Assembly: GCF_035084215.1 (NCBI RefSeq) | Contig: NC_090335.1 | Span: 38,192,001 to 38,256,000, forward strand | Length of the DNA: 64,000 nt | Reading direction: 5' to 3' | DNA from: Heptranchias perlo | Taxonomy: Eukaryota | Shown here: in pieces, positions 1-12,786 of the stretch | Numbering within the stretch: the stretch's first letter is position 1 | Layout of the letters: every line of letters starts with the position of its first letter | The notes under the pieces: model-generated | Told to the model about the DNA's origin: nothing | Seen by the model: the letters and a program-made list of their open reading frames with translations, nothing else | Database searches by the model: none | Position numbers and translations under genes: made by a program

Positions 1-94
1 ACATAGCCAGTCAGCATTTTGGAGCCAGTATCCCTTGTTCACATTTATAAGTAAAAATCAGCGTGGATAACAAACTTCGCATATTCCTTTCACA

Positions 95-203
95 GAATCA
101 TAGAATGATACAGTACTGAAGGAGGCCATTTGGCTCATCATTCCTTTGCTGGCTCTTTGTAAGAGCTCTCCAATTAGTCCTACTCCCCTGCTTTTTCCCT
201 ATT
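95..203 (-). mobile_element. Short 3'-end fragment of a CR1 LINE (or SINE sharing its tail)
   Basis: GAATCATAGAAT...GAAGGAGGCCATTTGGC...CCAATTAGTCC matches the reverse-complement 3' end of the CR1 at 55488-55590. Confidence 0.75.
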
Positions 204-1771
204 TCCGTTGCTACGCAAGCTTCTGTTGTTTGGTTCTTCTGCACAGGTGCTAATGAGTTACAGGCTCTCAGGAAGGACAGATGACTGGTCGTTGGTGGAG
301 AGAGGGAACGGGGTGGGAAATTCAACTAGACTCTGACTGCACCAGAAGCTTTTGTGAGGTAAAGCAATCCATTGAATCTGATTGAACTGATAGTTCAATT
401 CAATAATTAAAATCAATAATTCATAGGGTTGATTAAAAATGTTTATTACAATGAATAATAAAGATATTGATAGCGTGAACAATATTAATTACCATGTGAC
501 TAAATTCAATAATTAGTGTGATAAAATCAAAACAGATTTCAGATGAAAGTTTATATGCCACAGTTGGAGTGCAGTGGAATTCCTGACTTGGTCCTTTCCC
601 TCTCCAACAAACGACCACGAATTTGCGTCATACAGCAGAGGTGCCAAGTGATATGGCAACACTTGCACAGAAGAAGTGTGTGGGTGGGAGGGGTGGGGGG
701 AGCTCATGGGGCTCAGAGGAGTGTCGGACATTTAAATATATGCTGATTTTTACTGCCAAAAATGGAGAAAGGGACCCTGGGTTCAAAATGTAGGCAGTTG
801 CCAAATATGGGTCAAATTCCGATTGGAAGCAACTGGATTTTGTGAAGTTGTAGTGAAGGTTAGACCTCTATTTTATTTTTCGATTACCTGTAAATTCCTT
901 AGAATAAATCACTTTGGCTTAAATGGAAAATTACAGCAGAGTCCAAAATGTTGGTATATGCACCAAATAAAGAGTACTAAATAAAATCTAAATTTTCCAT
1001 GTGCATTCCTCCTACAAAGTAAATATTATGTTTCAGTATAAATCAGCTATTCAAAAACTCTCTTTTGTGTCCTTCTTTTTGCTACAATACAAATGATGGA
1101 ATATTGCCTTTATACTTGCAGACACTGCACGTTCAATGTAATTAATTGTTTTAATATGTTGTAGGCCTATAATTAGGGCTGTTATTGAGTTGTCAGCTTT
1201 TTTGAAGTTGTTTCATCAGATTTTGCTAGTTTGCTAGGTTGGCACGTCTGCTTTCTCAAAGTCAAGAGTTTAGAAGCATGCACCAGCACTCAACCAAAAA
1301 CGTACCTCATTTTTTGGGAGGGGTTAGGTGGAACTATTCGTTGGTGGAAGCCCACATCAGTAGTTTGGTCAGTGACTAAAATAGAACTGAGCCTTCAAAT
1401 CAAATTTCAGGTGTCAGTTCATTTTCTTTAATTTATCTAAGTCTAAATATTTTTCTTTTATTTATTATTTACGAAAAGACTAATCTGCTGTTGGTGTGAC
1501 GCCTTCCAATGGGTCTAATTAAGAAAATAAACTAATTAAGAAATTAAACTTGAGGAACATGGGATATACATGCTGCTTACATTCTTCATGGCTCACAGTA
1601 CAGCTAGCTTGCAGTGACTGTGTATAGAATAGGTTATTTGGGTAAAAGCAATGTTTTACTCCTGAATGTGGGCCCACTGTTCCCTTCCCATAACAGGCTC
1701 CATTGCTGATCTCAAAAATTAAAGTAATGTGACTGAGAGATAACAAAGGTGACAGCACTTTAACTACAAAT

Positions 1772-2037
1772 TCAACATTTCATTACTCTGTCATCCTCGA
1801 TATGGTACCTAATGCTGCGTTTAACCTGAGCACTGCTGCCGCCCTTAGTCATGTCTTTAGAGTTAGTGCTGCAAGGTAAATGGGGTAGCCCTGCTGTCAC
1901 TACTGACAGAGAGAGGCACCTCAACATCTGTTTTATCCTCATGCCCACATACGTGACTGCCAGCACAGGCTGCTGCCAGCTACCAATAGTTCTAGCTACA
2001 GGTGGGCTCAGCATTCAACTCATTAACATCAGCTAAT
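1772..2037 (-). mobile_element. Degenerate SINE-like interspersed repeat
   Basis: GC-richer island; minus strand TTAGCTGAT...TGTGGGCATGAGGATAAAACAG loosely resembles a common chondrichthyan SINE body recalled from memory; no ORF. Confidence 0.35.
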
Positions 2038-2420
2038 ATATATTATAAAGAATAACACATTCTGGACCACCTGTGTGATGTGACAATAATGTCTACATCA
2101 GCAATACAGACCCTCAAAAATGCCAGTACTTTCTGTAAACTCTCAGGGTTGTTAAACTATCTGCATGCTAAGTGCTAAATGTATTTATAAACAGCACATT
2201 TACAATTTAATTACACAGAGCAAATCTTTCCCCGTGTTAGTTAATTTTCACTATCCACCACCTACCCTAAATCATACTGTATAGCCATCAGTGAATTTAA
2301 ACAACAATCCAACCTCAGGATTCAGCAGATAAACATAAACTGCATTTATTTAAATCACTGTCTGAGCAGCTCAACCTGTTTTTCCAGTAATGGGCATCCC
2401 GTTTGCTCTGTAGTGGCAAA

Positions 2421-2439
2421 CAGTGCCACCTACTGGCAG
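2421..2439 (-). promoter_or_regulatory. Candidate CTCF binding site
   Basis: Minus strand CTGCCAGTAGGTGGCACTG fits the CTCF core consensus CCASYAGRKGGCR; lies outside recognised repeats. Confidence 0.5.
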
Positions 2440-2987
2440 TATCCATGTACTCACTTGCTTTAAAAAGGACAAAATGTGCTGCAGTATTTTATCGTTTTTC
2501 CTTCCTTTCATGAACGTCCTGACTATTGTTAGAATGCAGTTTCATGGGTGCTGATTACCCTTCTATTAATTGCGACCATTCCTCATTAGTAGGCAGAGAG
2601 TGTTGGCTAACTATTCCACTTTGAAGGGCATCACAGCCACACCCGATCCTGTTTCTTACCTGATGTGTGCACGCACACAACAGTTTTAATGGGCACCATA
2701 TTCTTGAAAATATATCCCACACTTTTTGCTTGTTTGTTTGCAAACACATGTTGCAATAATGTAGTTTGCATCAAAAAATATCTTCACGTCACTTGTTTAT
2801 GATATTGAACATCCAGCTGTTCAAGCTCTAATTTTTCTCCTTTCAAAACAAACAGAAAATGTTTGCCAAATACTTTCATTTTAAAAGGATGCTGAATTTT
2901 CCAGTGGGTGGGAGGCCATATTTGTTGCTTCAGATAGTAGTTAAAGTAAAAACTGCCAATTCACACTTGCTGCTGCATGGCACATGG

Positions 2988-3296
2988 ATAGAATCAAATA
3001 AATTACAATGCAGAAGGAGGCTGTTTGGCATATTGGGTTGGTGCCAGTGCCAGTTCGACAACTGGAGCTATTTACTCTAACCCATTTCCCTGAACTTTTC
3101 CCTATATCCTTTTATATTTTAAATACATACCCAATTCTGTTTTAAATTATGTTATAGTTTCTGCTTGAACAACCACTTGCAATAAAGCATCCCATGTTCT
3201 GTTTGAAAAAATTTCCTCTGACTTACCTTTCATTCTGCCAGTGATAATCCTGAATTCACGCTCCCTTATTACCGATTTTCTAACCAGCGGAAATTA
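2988..3296 (-). mobile_element. Old CR1 LINE 3' fragment
   Basis: ATAGAATC...CAGAAGGAGGCTGTTTGGC and following sequence parallel the 3' ends of other minus-strand CR1 copies here; heavily diverged. Confidence 0.65.
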
Positions 3297-3715
3297 TGGC
3301 CTAAGGTGGGGGGCGGGGTGGGGGGTAGTTAAAATATCGGGATCGAACAAGCCGACCTCATTTCTGGCCATTTAAATTTTTTACTGCCCCAAATCAGGTC
3401 ATTGACGACACTCCCGCAAAAGGCAGGTGGGACCTAGTTAAAATTCAACGGGCCCGATAATATCATGGGTGCCGCACTCCAGATGGCTTAAAACTTTAAT
3501 TTTCATACTTAATAATGAAATATATGGTGCGATTCGACACTTTCCTTGGGCCCCGATTGTTTACACTGACTTACACTTGTTTACACCCATTTTTATGTTC
3601 CAGCATATGTTAATAAGATTGGTAGGAAATTTGGGTGTAAATAGACATTGCCAAAATGGGTGCACGAAAGGGCATCATTTTGGGTGTAACCCCCGCAGGA
3701 AATGTCACCATTAGA
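3297..3715. mobile_element. Degenerate MITE-like (Harbinger-type) fragments
   Basis: CpG-containing island between two old CR1 pieces; TTTACACCCATTTT...AAAATGGGTG inverted segments. Ends not resolved. Confidence 0.3.
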
Positions 3716-3734
3716 AGTTTACATACAACCGAGT

Positions 3735-4190
3735 TGAAAATAACCGACTTATAATTTCCTGGCTTATCCTTTACCCCTTTTTGAACAGGGGTGTGATACT
3801 TTCCAGTCTACTGACACAATTTCTTGGTTCCAAAGATTGTTGGAAAATTATGATTAGTTCCTCTACTCAGTCAGTATTCTGGCATACATACCAACTAGGC
3901 CTGATGACTTTCCTACTTTTAGTCCCATTAAATTTTCTAATACAGTTTCCTTTTGAGTATCTGTCTCCGGAAGTGGGCCTTTAACATCCTTCTCAGGTAC
4001 TCCAACATCCCATTTTCACCTTCTTCTGTAAAAGCTGAGGCAAAGTATTTACTAACCATCTCCACTGTTGCCTCATGCTCAAGCACAAGATGCCCTCTTC
4101 ACATTTAAGTTGTTTTACCCGTTCTTTAACTATCCTTTTACTTCTTATGTGCTTATAATATATTACTGTGAACTTTTATAGCTTATGCTT
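3735..4190 (-). mobile_element. Old CR1 LINE ORF2 fragment (region upstream of the RT)
   Basis: CCCCTTTTTGAACAGGGGTGTGAT (minus: TPLFKKG) and GAGGCAAAGTATTTACTAAC (minus: LVNTLPQ/SKYFAS-like) match the CR1 linker motifs seen in 4296-5501. Confidence 0.6.
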
Positions 4191-4295
4191 CTACCACAAC
4201 AGAGGAGTCAGTACTTAACAATATGACAAAAGCCAATGGATATATTTTTTGGCAAAAGAAATTGAACAAATACTTAAGAGAATGTTGAAATTTGT

Positions 4296-5951
4296 TTGGA
4301 AAGTATGGGTGAGATCCTAAATGACTATTTCGCATCGGTATTTACGGTTGAGAAAGGCATGGATGTTAGGGAACTTGGGGAAATAAATAGTGATGTCTTG
4401 AGGAGTGTACATATTACAGAGAGGGAGGTGCTGGAAGTCTTAACGCGCATCAAGGTAGATAAATCTCCGGGACCTGATGAAATGTATCCCAGGACGTTAT
4501 GGGAGGTTAGGGAGGAAATTGCGTGTCCCCTAGCAGAGATATTTGAATCATCGACAGCTACAGGTGAGGTGCCTGAAGATTGGAGGGTAGCAAATGTTGT
4601 GCCTTTGTTTAAGAAGGGCGGCAGGGAAAAGCCTGGGAACTACAGACCGGTGAGCCTGACATCTGTAGTGGGTAAGTTGTTAGAGGGTATTCTGAGAGAC
4701 AAGATCTACGGGCATTTGGAGAGGCAGGGACTGATTAGGAACAGTCAGCATGGTTTTGTGAGAGGAAAATCATGTCTCACAAATTTGATTGAGTTTTTTG
4801 AAGGGGTAACCAAGAAGATAGATGAGGGCTGTGCAGTAGACGTGGTCTACATGGACTTTAGCAAAGCCTTTGACAAGGTACCGCATGGTAGGTTGTTACA
4901 TAAGGTTAAATCTCATGGGATCCAAGGTGAGGTAGCCAATTGGATACAAAATTGGATTGACGGCAGAAGACAGAGGGTGGTTGTAGAGGGTTGTTTTTCA
5001 AACTGGAGGCCTGTGACCAGCGGTGTGCCTCAGGGATCGGTGCTGGGTCCGCTGTTATTTGTTATTTATATTAATGATTTGGATGAGAATTTAGGAGGCA
5101 TGGTTAGTAAGTTTGCAGATGACACCAAGATTGGTGGCATTGTGGACAGTGAAGAAGGTTATCTAGGATTGCAACGGGATCTTGATAAATTGGGCCAGTG
5201 GGCCAATGAATGGCAGATGGAGTTTAATTTAGATAAATGTGAGGTGATGCATTTTGGTAGATCAAATCGGGCCAGGACCTACTCCGTTAATGGTAGGGCG
5301 TTGGGGAGAGTTATAGAACAAAGAGATCTAGGAGTACAGGTTCATAGCTCCTCGAAAGTGGAGTCACAGGTGGATAGGGTGGTGAAGAAGGCATTCAGCA
5401 TGCTTGGTTTCATTGGTCAGAACATTGAATACAGGAGTTGGGATGTCTTGTTGAAGTTGTACAAGACATTAGTAAGGCCACACTTGGAATACTGTGTATA
5501 GTTCTGGTCACCCTATTATAGAAAGGATATTATTAAACTAGAAAGAGTGCAGAAAAGATTTACTAGGATGCTACCGGGACTTGATGGTTTGACTTATAGG
5601 GAGAGGTTGGATAGACTGAGACTTTTTTCCCTGGAGAGTAGGAGGTTTCGGGGTGATCTTATAGAAGTCTATAAAATAATGAGGGGCATAGATAAGGTCG
5701 ATAGTCAAAATCTTTTCCCAAAGGTAGGGGAGTCTATAACGAGGGGGCATAGATTTAAGGTGAGAGGGGAGAGATACAAAAGGGTCCAGAGGGGCAATTT
5801 TTTCACTCAAAGGGTGGCGAGTGTCTGGAACGAGCTGCCAGAGGCAGTAGTAGAGGCGGGTACAATTTTGTCTTTTAAAAAGCATTTGGACAGTTACATG
5901 GGTAAGATGGGTATAGAGGGATATGGGCCAAGTGCAGGCAATTGGGACTAG
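4296..5951 (+). pseudogene. CR1 ORF2 reverse transcriptase and C-terminus; one in-frame stop; endonuclease missing
   Basis: ORFs 4296-5501 and 5547-5951 are in the same frame; TAG at 5499-5501 replaces the Q of EYCVQFWSP seen in sibling copies. Confidence 0.92.
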
Positions 5952-6038
5952 CTTAGTGGTATAAACTGGGCGACATGGACATGTTGGGCCGAAGGGCCTG
6001 TTTCCATGTTGTAAACTTCTATGATTCTATGATTCTAA
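4299..6038 (+). mobile_element. Young 5'-truncated CR1 LINE with full RT domain and (ATTCTATG)n tail
   Basis: ORF has NYRPVSLTS, QHGFVRGKSC, DFSKAFD, GVPQGSVLGP and FADD motifs; 3' end AAACTTCTATGATTCTATGATTCTA. Confidence 0.95.
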
Positions 6039-8314
6039 GTTTTTTTTTTCAAAATCAAGTTTTGTTGGTGGTATTCATTGATTGACCAGCTCAGATTGAT
6101 ACAGCAACTCCATAAATGATACCTACGCCCATATAAATGGCCCATGTCTCCTGTACAAGTGGCCTAGTGTTTGCTGTATGATACATGTCTCCGTGGCACC
6201 ATCTACACATTGTATTAAAAAAAAAGATTAAATGAAGCAAAACGGGAAAATCAAGTGCCAGAAGGAGCTGAATTAAAAATAAGCTTTACTGAAGGAAAAA
6301 ATAAATAATTACTTTCTGCATGGCTCAGTTGGAAGAGTGGCCTCATTACCTAGGCTAACACTGACTCCAAGTCAAACATAGTGCTCATGGAAGAGCAAAC
6401 CAGCATCCAAACTGATAAAGTATGGTTTGGATAACAAGCACCAAAATAGGCAGTTTCTAGAATATTTGCCAATTTGCAGGAATTTAAACAGAACCAATAC
6501 AGTTTAAAGCTTCAACATTCTGGGTATACACACAAAGTTGAGGAAAAAAGCAGAAGTACTCATTCTGTGATTTTTAACCCTGAAGCAGTAAGCTTCCAGT
6601 TAGATTTCTGGTATCCTGACAAATAGCCTAAAAGGCCACATATATTTTGAGCTCTGCAGGCACCCATCGCACATTTGACTTTTGCGTTGGTCTGACATGA
6701 AAAAACTCTCTTCCCTTCCATTTTTCAAGTTATTTTCTCCTATATCCCTCCATTCACCTGCATCATTTCCCAACTAAGAAGGCAGGCAATTTACCTGTTT
6801 GCAAGCTTTTGCCAGTCCTGCTCTTTAGCTTGTCACTAGGAAGCATATGAGAGTGATACAATGATTCCTTCATTCAGAGAATTGCACATTGGAACCAGTT
6901 TTGTACCATTCTGTAGGAGCCTTCAAAATTGTATTAAACAAAATTATACTGGCAGCCTGGTAATACTCTGTGCCACAGGTTCCAGTTTGCACCTGCAGTT
7001 TTCTATCTAATGAGTTCTCAATCTTCACTGTTTCATGTGGAGGAGGGAGGGGTAGAACTGAGCAGAGATCAGTCAATGCATCACAAGAATGAAGAGAAAT
7101 TTCAGCAGGGGAGTCACTTCCACCGTTTCAGCGTTCCCTGCACTCATGATTCAATCACAAGTCCCACAATTTGCGGATTTTTAAAAAATGCTTATACTTC
7201 ACACAGGAAACTTAAACGGAGCCTTCTACTTATTTAAATTACCCATATGAAGTACTAGCATTTGAAAAGCTTCCACAAGTTACGGGACACATGAATAAAT
7301 CACAAGTATTGGCAATGCTGCCATTCACAAGCATTTCCTAGCAATCACCTCAAGAGCAATGTAGCAAGAAGCTTGGCACTGTTGTCCTGCCTGTCCTGTT
7401 GGAGAGTGGATGGAATGTGCTTTTAAGGGGGGGAATCCTAATGGAGAGAAGAAAAATCACAAAGCTTGTGAAGGAAAACAAATTGCTTCATTATTTAAAA
7501 CCAACATGTGGCACCGTGAAAGTAGAGGAGGATGTTGGTTGGATTCCATACTCTGATGACAGTTCCACTCCACTGTGGAGGCATAAAGCAGAGGCCAGGC
7601 ACCAGTCTACAGCAAGGAGGGAAATTAGAAAGCAGAGTCATCCTTGGGCTGCTATCAAGTGCCTGCCTTCTACTGGCTAGCTCGTAGTGGCATTGGCTGT
7701 GACCTGGGAAGCAGGCTATAGGCGCAGCATGACCTGAAGAGACCTGGAAAGTTAAAAGAAGGATTCATAGTTCCACAAGCATTACCAAGTAAACACACCA
7801 TGAAAAAGATCTTTTAAAACTCTCAGCCTCCATTACACAGTGGATGTTCTACAGTGGGTAAGTGCTCCCAGGTAATGTTTAATGCATATCAGGTTAGAAT
7901 AAATAACTCTGCATCTCCAATGATATCACTGTACAAAACGTGCACAATTTACTGTTCCCCAGCTGCACAGCTGTTAAAGCAGGATATGAGCTGCTTGCTT
8001 CAAAGGCATTGTGGCACAGTTATTAGTGGCAGTCACATTCATTTGATAAGGGAGCACATCACATAGAAAGGAGAGAAGCTGACAGTTCATTATTGCTAAT
8101 GACCTTTAACTTGCTGAGTGCTAAAGCGGGTGATTTCTTCCGCCAATTAAAATGGGAAATTGAAGTGTTTACAGCAAATCCAAATTTCCAATTGGAACAA
8201 AAAAGCCAGCCTGTTGTGACAGGATGGCATCACTGGATGGCACTCTTACCAAATCTGAGAATACAAACACCAGTGATAAAAAGAAATGAAAAAACTGTAA
8301 GTGCTAAACATATG

Positions 8315-8475
8315 AAATAAAAACAGAAAATGCTCAAAAAACACAGCAGATCCTTCATCAACTGAAAAAAGGTGAGTTCTGACAAAGGGTCTCTATCTGA
8401 GATGTTAACCCATATTTTATATTTTCAGATGCTGATTGATCTGCTGTTTATTTCTAGCATCTTCTGTTTTTTAAA
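8315..8475. mobile_element. Short decayed Penelope-derived hairpin element
   Basis: AAATAAAAACAGAAAATGCT...AGCATCTTCTGTTTTT inverted ends homologous to the arms at 9007-9888; internal GTTCTGACAAAGGGTC...TGAGATGTTAAC is a decayed hammerhead-like motif. Confidence 0.65.
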
Positions 8476-8989
8476 ACAAAACCTCTGAACCTCTTTTTTA
8501 AAAAAATCCTTTCAGTTTGTCTGACATGACATCGCTAATAATAAACATAACAGATGCACTAAGCAGCAAAATAGGAATACTAAAAGAATTACAATCATCA
8601 AGAGAAAATCTTAAATGGGCAATATGCACTCCTCAAGTCATTGTTAATGAATCCCCTCTGTAAGAAAGATGGTAACTTGATCTGAAGAATTTCATCCAGG
8701 GCTCGGTTTTGTATTCCACCCATAGAAAAATATTTCTGCCCTAACTATCTTCATGTGTCACACAGTTAGTTCTAATGGGTTAGTTATTCCTTTACCAGTT
8801 GATAGTGCCTAATTTCTTTGCCTTTCATCACTGTTCCTCGGTACTCAAACTGATGCATTTTGGATAGTTAGCATCTGCAAAGTTTGTTTTAGACTGCATC
8901 TGAAACTCTTTAAAAAAAAATAATTTCTGACATTGCTTGGGCTGATTTAGGGACAGAAGTCTAGCACCCAACAGCTTCTTTCTAACCTG

Positions 8990-9887
8990 AATAAAAGCAA
9001 AATACTAAAAACAGAAAATGTTGGAACTACTCAGCAAGTCAGGCAGCATCTGTGGAGAAAGAAACAGCGCTAGTGTTTCAGGTCAATGACCTTTCATCAG
9101 AACTGGAGGAAGTTGAAGATTAAACAATTTTTAAGCAAGTACAGAGCCAGGCAAAGTGGGGGGGAGGGAGAAGGGGAGGGAGGAAAGAACAAAAGGGGAG
9201 GTCTCTGATAGAGTGGAGGGCAAGAATGATTAAATGACAAAAGGGATGATGGTGCGAGGCAAGGAGGGTGGTAATGGGACAAGTAATGAAACAAAAGATG
9301 GGTCTAGAGGAGCTGTAAATGGCAACATCAGAACCATTACCAGTACCTGCTGTTCAAAAAAATGGGAGCAGTGGTTATGATCTGAAGTTATTCAAATCAA
9401 TGTTGAGTCTAGAAAGTTGTAAAATGCCTAATCGAAAGATGTGCTGTTCCTCGAGCTTCCGTTGAACTTCATTGGAACAGTGTAAGAGGCCGAGCTCAGA
9501 GAGGTCAGAGTGGGAATGGGACAGGGAATTAAAATGGCAAGCGACCGGCAGGTCAGGGTCACGCTTGCGGACTGAGTAGACATGTTCAGCAATGCGATCG
9601 CCTAGTCTGCGTTTGGTTTCCCCAATGGAGAGGAGACCGCATTGTGAGCAGTGAATAGAGTCATTTAATCACTCCTGCCCTTCTCCCTATCAGAGACCTT
9701 CCCTTTTGTTTTTTCCTCCCCTTCCCTTCCTCCCCCCCTTTCCCTGGCTCTGTACTTGATTAAACTGTTTAATCTTCAACTTCCTCCAGTTCTGACGAAG
9801 GGTCATCGACCTGAAACATTAACTCTGTTTCTTTCTCCACAGATGCTGCCTGACTTGCTGAGTATTTCAAGCATTTTCTGTTTTTAT
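8990..9887 (-). mobile_element. Penelope-like retroelement 3' portion with inverted pseudo-LTR arms
   Basis: ~230-bp inverted arms (9007-9238 and 9660-9887); direct repeat TTCTTTCTAACCTG at 8976-8989 and 9888-9901; spacer encodes a GIY-YIG C-terminus on the minus strand. Confidence 0.88.
9374..9659 (-). pseudogene. GIY-YIG endonuclease fragment of the Penelope-like element
   Basis: Manual translation SIHCSQCGLLSIGETKRRLGDRIAEHVYSVRKRDPDLPVACHFNSLSHSHSDLSELGLLHCSNEVQRKLEEQHIFRLGILQLSRLNIDLNNFRS* shows the CxxC-(Y)IGET-R-EH signature. Confidence 0.85.
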
Positions 9888-12786
9888 TTCTTTCTAACCT
9901 GGTCTGTGCGTGTCAGACATATTAATCTGTTTTTCAAAAATCAATCATTTTTAACTGTCTCCTGAAATAGTTGCTTGACAGAACAGAGCCTTTCTGTTCT
10001 GTGACATTCAGTTATTAATTTTCCTGAATCTGGTACTTTCTTACTCCATTTTCCTGTGTCTTAGAGCTTGAGCAGTTTTTGATTTCAGTGATGGATCAGA
10101 TCTGGTGAGTTCCCTATCACAGGTTAATGACACACTGTGATTTCCCCTCTCTATTGTGTGAAGATTAAAAACATTCTGTCCATTTTTAAGGAGTCTTAAC
10201 CCATTCATCTTCATGATGGAAGCTTCATTTTAAAGGAATCATTTCCCCCCAGATATGCAGAGAGGACTTCGAGGTGATACATTTTGTTCTTCCAGGAATG
10301 TGAGATAACAGAAAATGGATTACATAGACCTTCAATTGGATGAATTTTGTTATAGCACGTGGCTTCTAAAGCCTTCTGCAGAGATCACTGGCTCCCTTTC
10401 ACATGACTTGTAAATGATTAAAATGGTGGCTAGTTAAATAAGAGCTAAATATACTCATAGTGGAATTTTCATACTCCACATTATCTCTATATCGATAATA
10501 AATTCAAAATTTGTATCAATAGTGAAGCATAGGAAGTTCCCAGGATATGATTGATAGCTGCAGTGTAGAATTAAGATGGCTACATGGTAAAGAGCACATT
10601 TATTTAGGCCTGAAGACTTTGTCTATATCACTGACTGTAATAATAATCACTATATGGTGTCAGAAATGGAGATAACTCAATGTGATTCTACCAGAATGTT
10701 TTGGAAAATGATGAATACAAGGAACGTTTGAAGCCGGAAAAGCCAGTATCCTACAGCCCATGTGGCTTTCAGCTAAATTGACAAATACTTCAGATGCACA
10801 GAAAAAGAACCAGTTCTCAGCCAAGTGTCCAAATTCCAGAAATTGGAACAAAGGCAAACAGTGGTTACACATCGCAGATAAAACTACTAGTGACTCGTAT
10901 GAAGGTTACATTCTCTCACTTTCAGTTGTTGCATCTGTCTCAATGCCAGCAATTTATATGACAACGTGCTCATAAACAAGTAAGACAGATTTCAGCTAGG
11001 GAATGGGGCGACAGTCAATGATCTATTTAAGAAGATGTACTATAGGCGGTGTGAAGATCCAAGTGGTAGAGAGCTTCAGGATTCAAGCATTTTCACCGCT
11101 CATGTTCAACAAAACAGAAATTAACCCACTGGGATAAAACATTAGTGTTAAAAACCCCAAGAGGATCAAGAAGTTCAACACTGATGCCAAGTGAATGTAG
11201 ACCTCATCTAGGGCTAAAGTAATCCAACAAGTGCACCGTGCGATAGTGAATCATGGAAGATTCATCAAAACTCACAAATCAAGATGAAGTGGCCAAGTAT
11301 CAGGATGTCTTCAAAGGAGATAGGAGGTTAGAAATCACTCTGCACCTTCACATAGATCCTAAGGTTCCACTTACATAGTTGCTAGCAAGAAAACTAGTTT
11401 TAGTTTTATTTGCAAAATAACTTGTCAAGAAGCACATTAATGCGTTTCTTGATATAAAGTTCTTGCACTGGTCAGTGTCCCAGCAGACTGGATCAATTTA
11501 GAGATGGTTGTGATGAAAGGCAATGATCCAAAGCCACTTACTAAAACCTTCAAAGCTTATTACTATCTACTTTGCACCATAGATGACATTGCACCTGAAC
11601 TAGCAAATGTGAAACTCTTCGTGGTTGTGGATGCAAAAAAATGGGTTTGTCATATTCATTGGATGAAGAATCGAGTCTGCTGGCTACCTTTTCAACACTG
11701 TTTGGAAGATACAGATGGATGTGTGTGCCTTTCCGAAACTCTCCAGCACCTGAGGAATTTCACAGAAGGCTTCATGAGACACTTGTAAATCTGGAGCCTG
11801 TCGCTGTTGTGCCAGATGATATTTTTGCCTGTCGTACAGATGTTGTAAATTAAATAATAATTATGCCTTTGGTGTAGAGGGAGTCCATGCTGGCTGTACA
11901 CAAGCACCCAACGCACAAAGATAATTTATTTATCCAAATGATATCTGATCTATGAGACACCCAGTGTAGACCAGCTATTCAATTAGGAAGTATAAAACTG
12001 GTGAATATCTGATTCAGGAATTAGTTTGAATCCAAGCACAGAGGGAGTCACTGAGTTTGATTCATCTTCAATATTTATTCAATGCATGATTAGTTATTAG
12101 CTAACCTTGCCTGCATTCGCTTACATTACATCACATAAACTCATGCCTACAGATACTTAGGTCCACATGGACCAGGATTTCTTCTTCCTCATCTTCTGGA
12201 AATGATCATCTTCTGGCGTTCCGCTAACTTTTCTTATCTGTGACAGTGATTTCACCTATTTTCTTTGGACTTTTATAACCTATTTGTCACGACCTGTTCC
12301 CCATGGTTTACTTCCTGTACCTGGACCATAACATCAGACATCCGGTGTTTGATATTCTTCCTTAACTTGTTTTTAGCCATCCTTAAGGTTTCTTTGATAG
12401 CAGTCCTTTGTCTTCAAGAGTTGATTGCAAGTTGTTTGAGTGCAGATGTCTTTCTGCCTGCACTTCTTCACATACCTTCAGTGCCCTTCAATATTATTCA
12501 GTAGTTTGCCATATCAGCGCAGCCTTTGACACACATTTTTAACCAAATCCACATCTTTATATGTGACAGTTCACTCTCTATATATCAGAATTTTGAACAT
12601 TCATCTAAACATTGGTAACGCCCTTGTTACAATTTCATTGGAGCCATTACAACTGCAACACCCATTCTTCTTTTGCAGGCACATACGTTTTAATTGGCAT
12701 GGATACTTAACTCTTCTTCTGTAGCTTAATTTTTACAGAAACTTAATTCTAGTTAGCATAGCACAATGATTCATAATAAACATAAT

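Noticed and set aside
4288-6048. TSD for the young CR1 at 4299-6038
   Set aside because: Flanks AATTTGTTT and AAGTTTTTT are only loosely similar T-rich runs.
6129-6140. CCATATAAATGG as an SRF CArG box
   Set aside because: Eight A/T bases between CC and GG rather than the required six.
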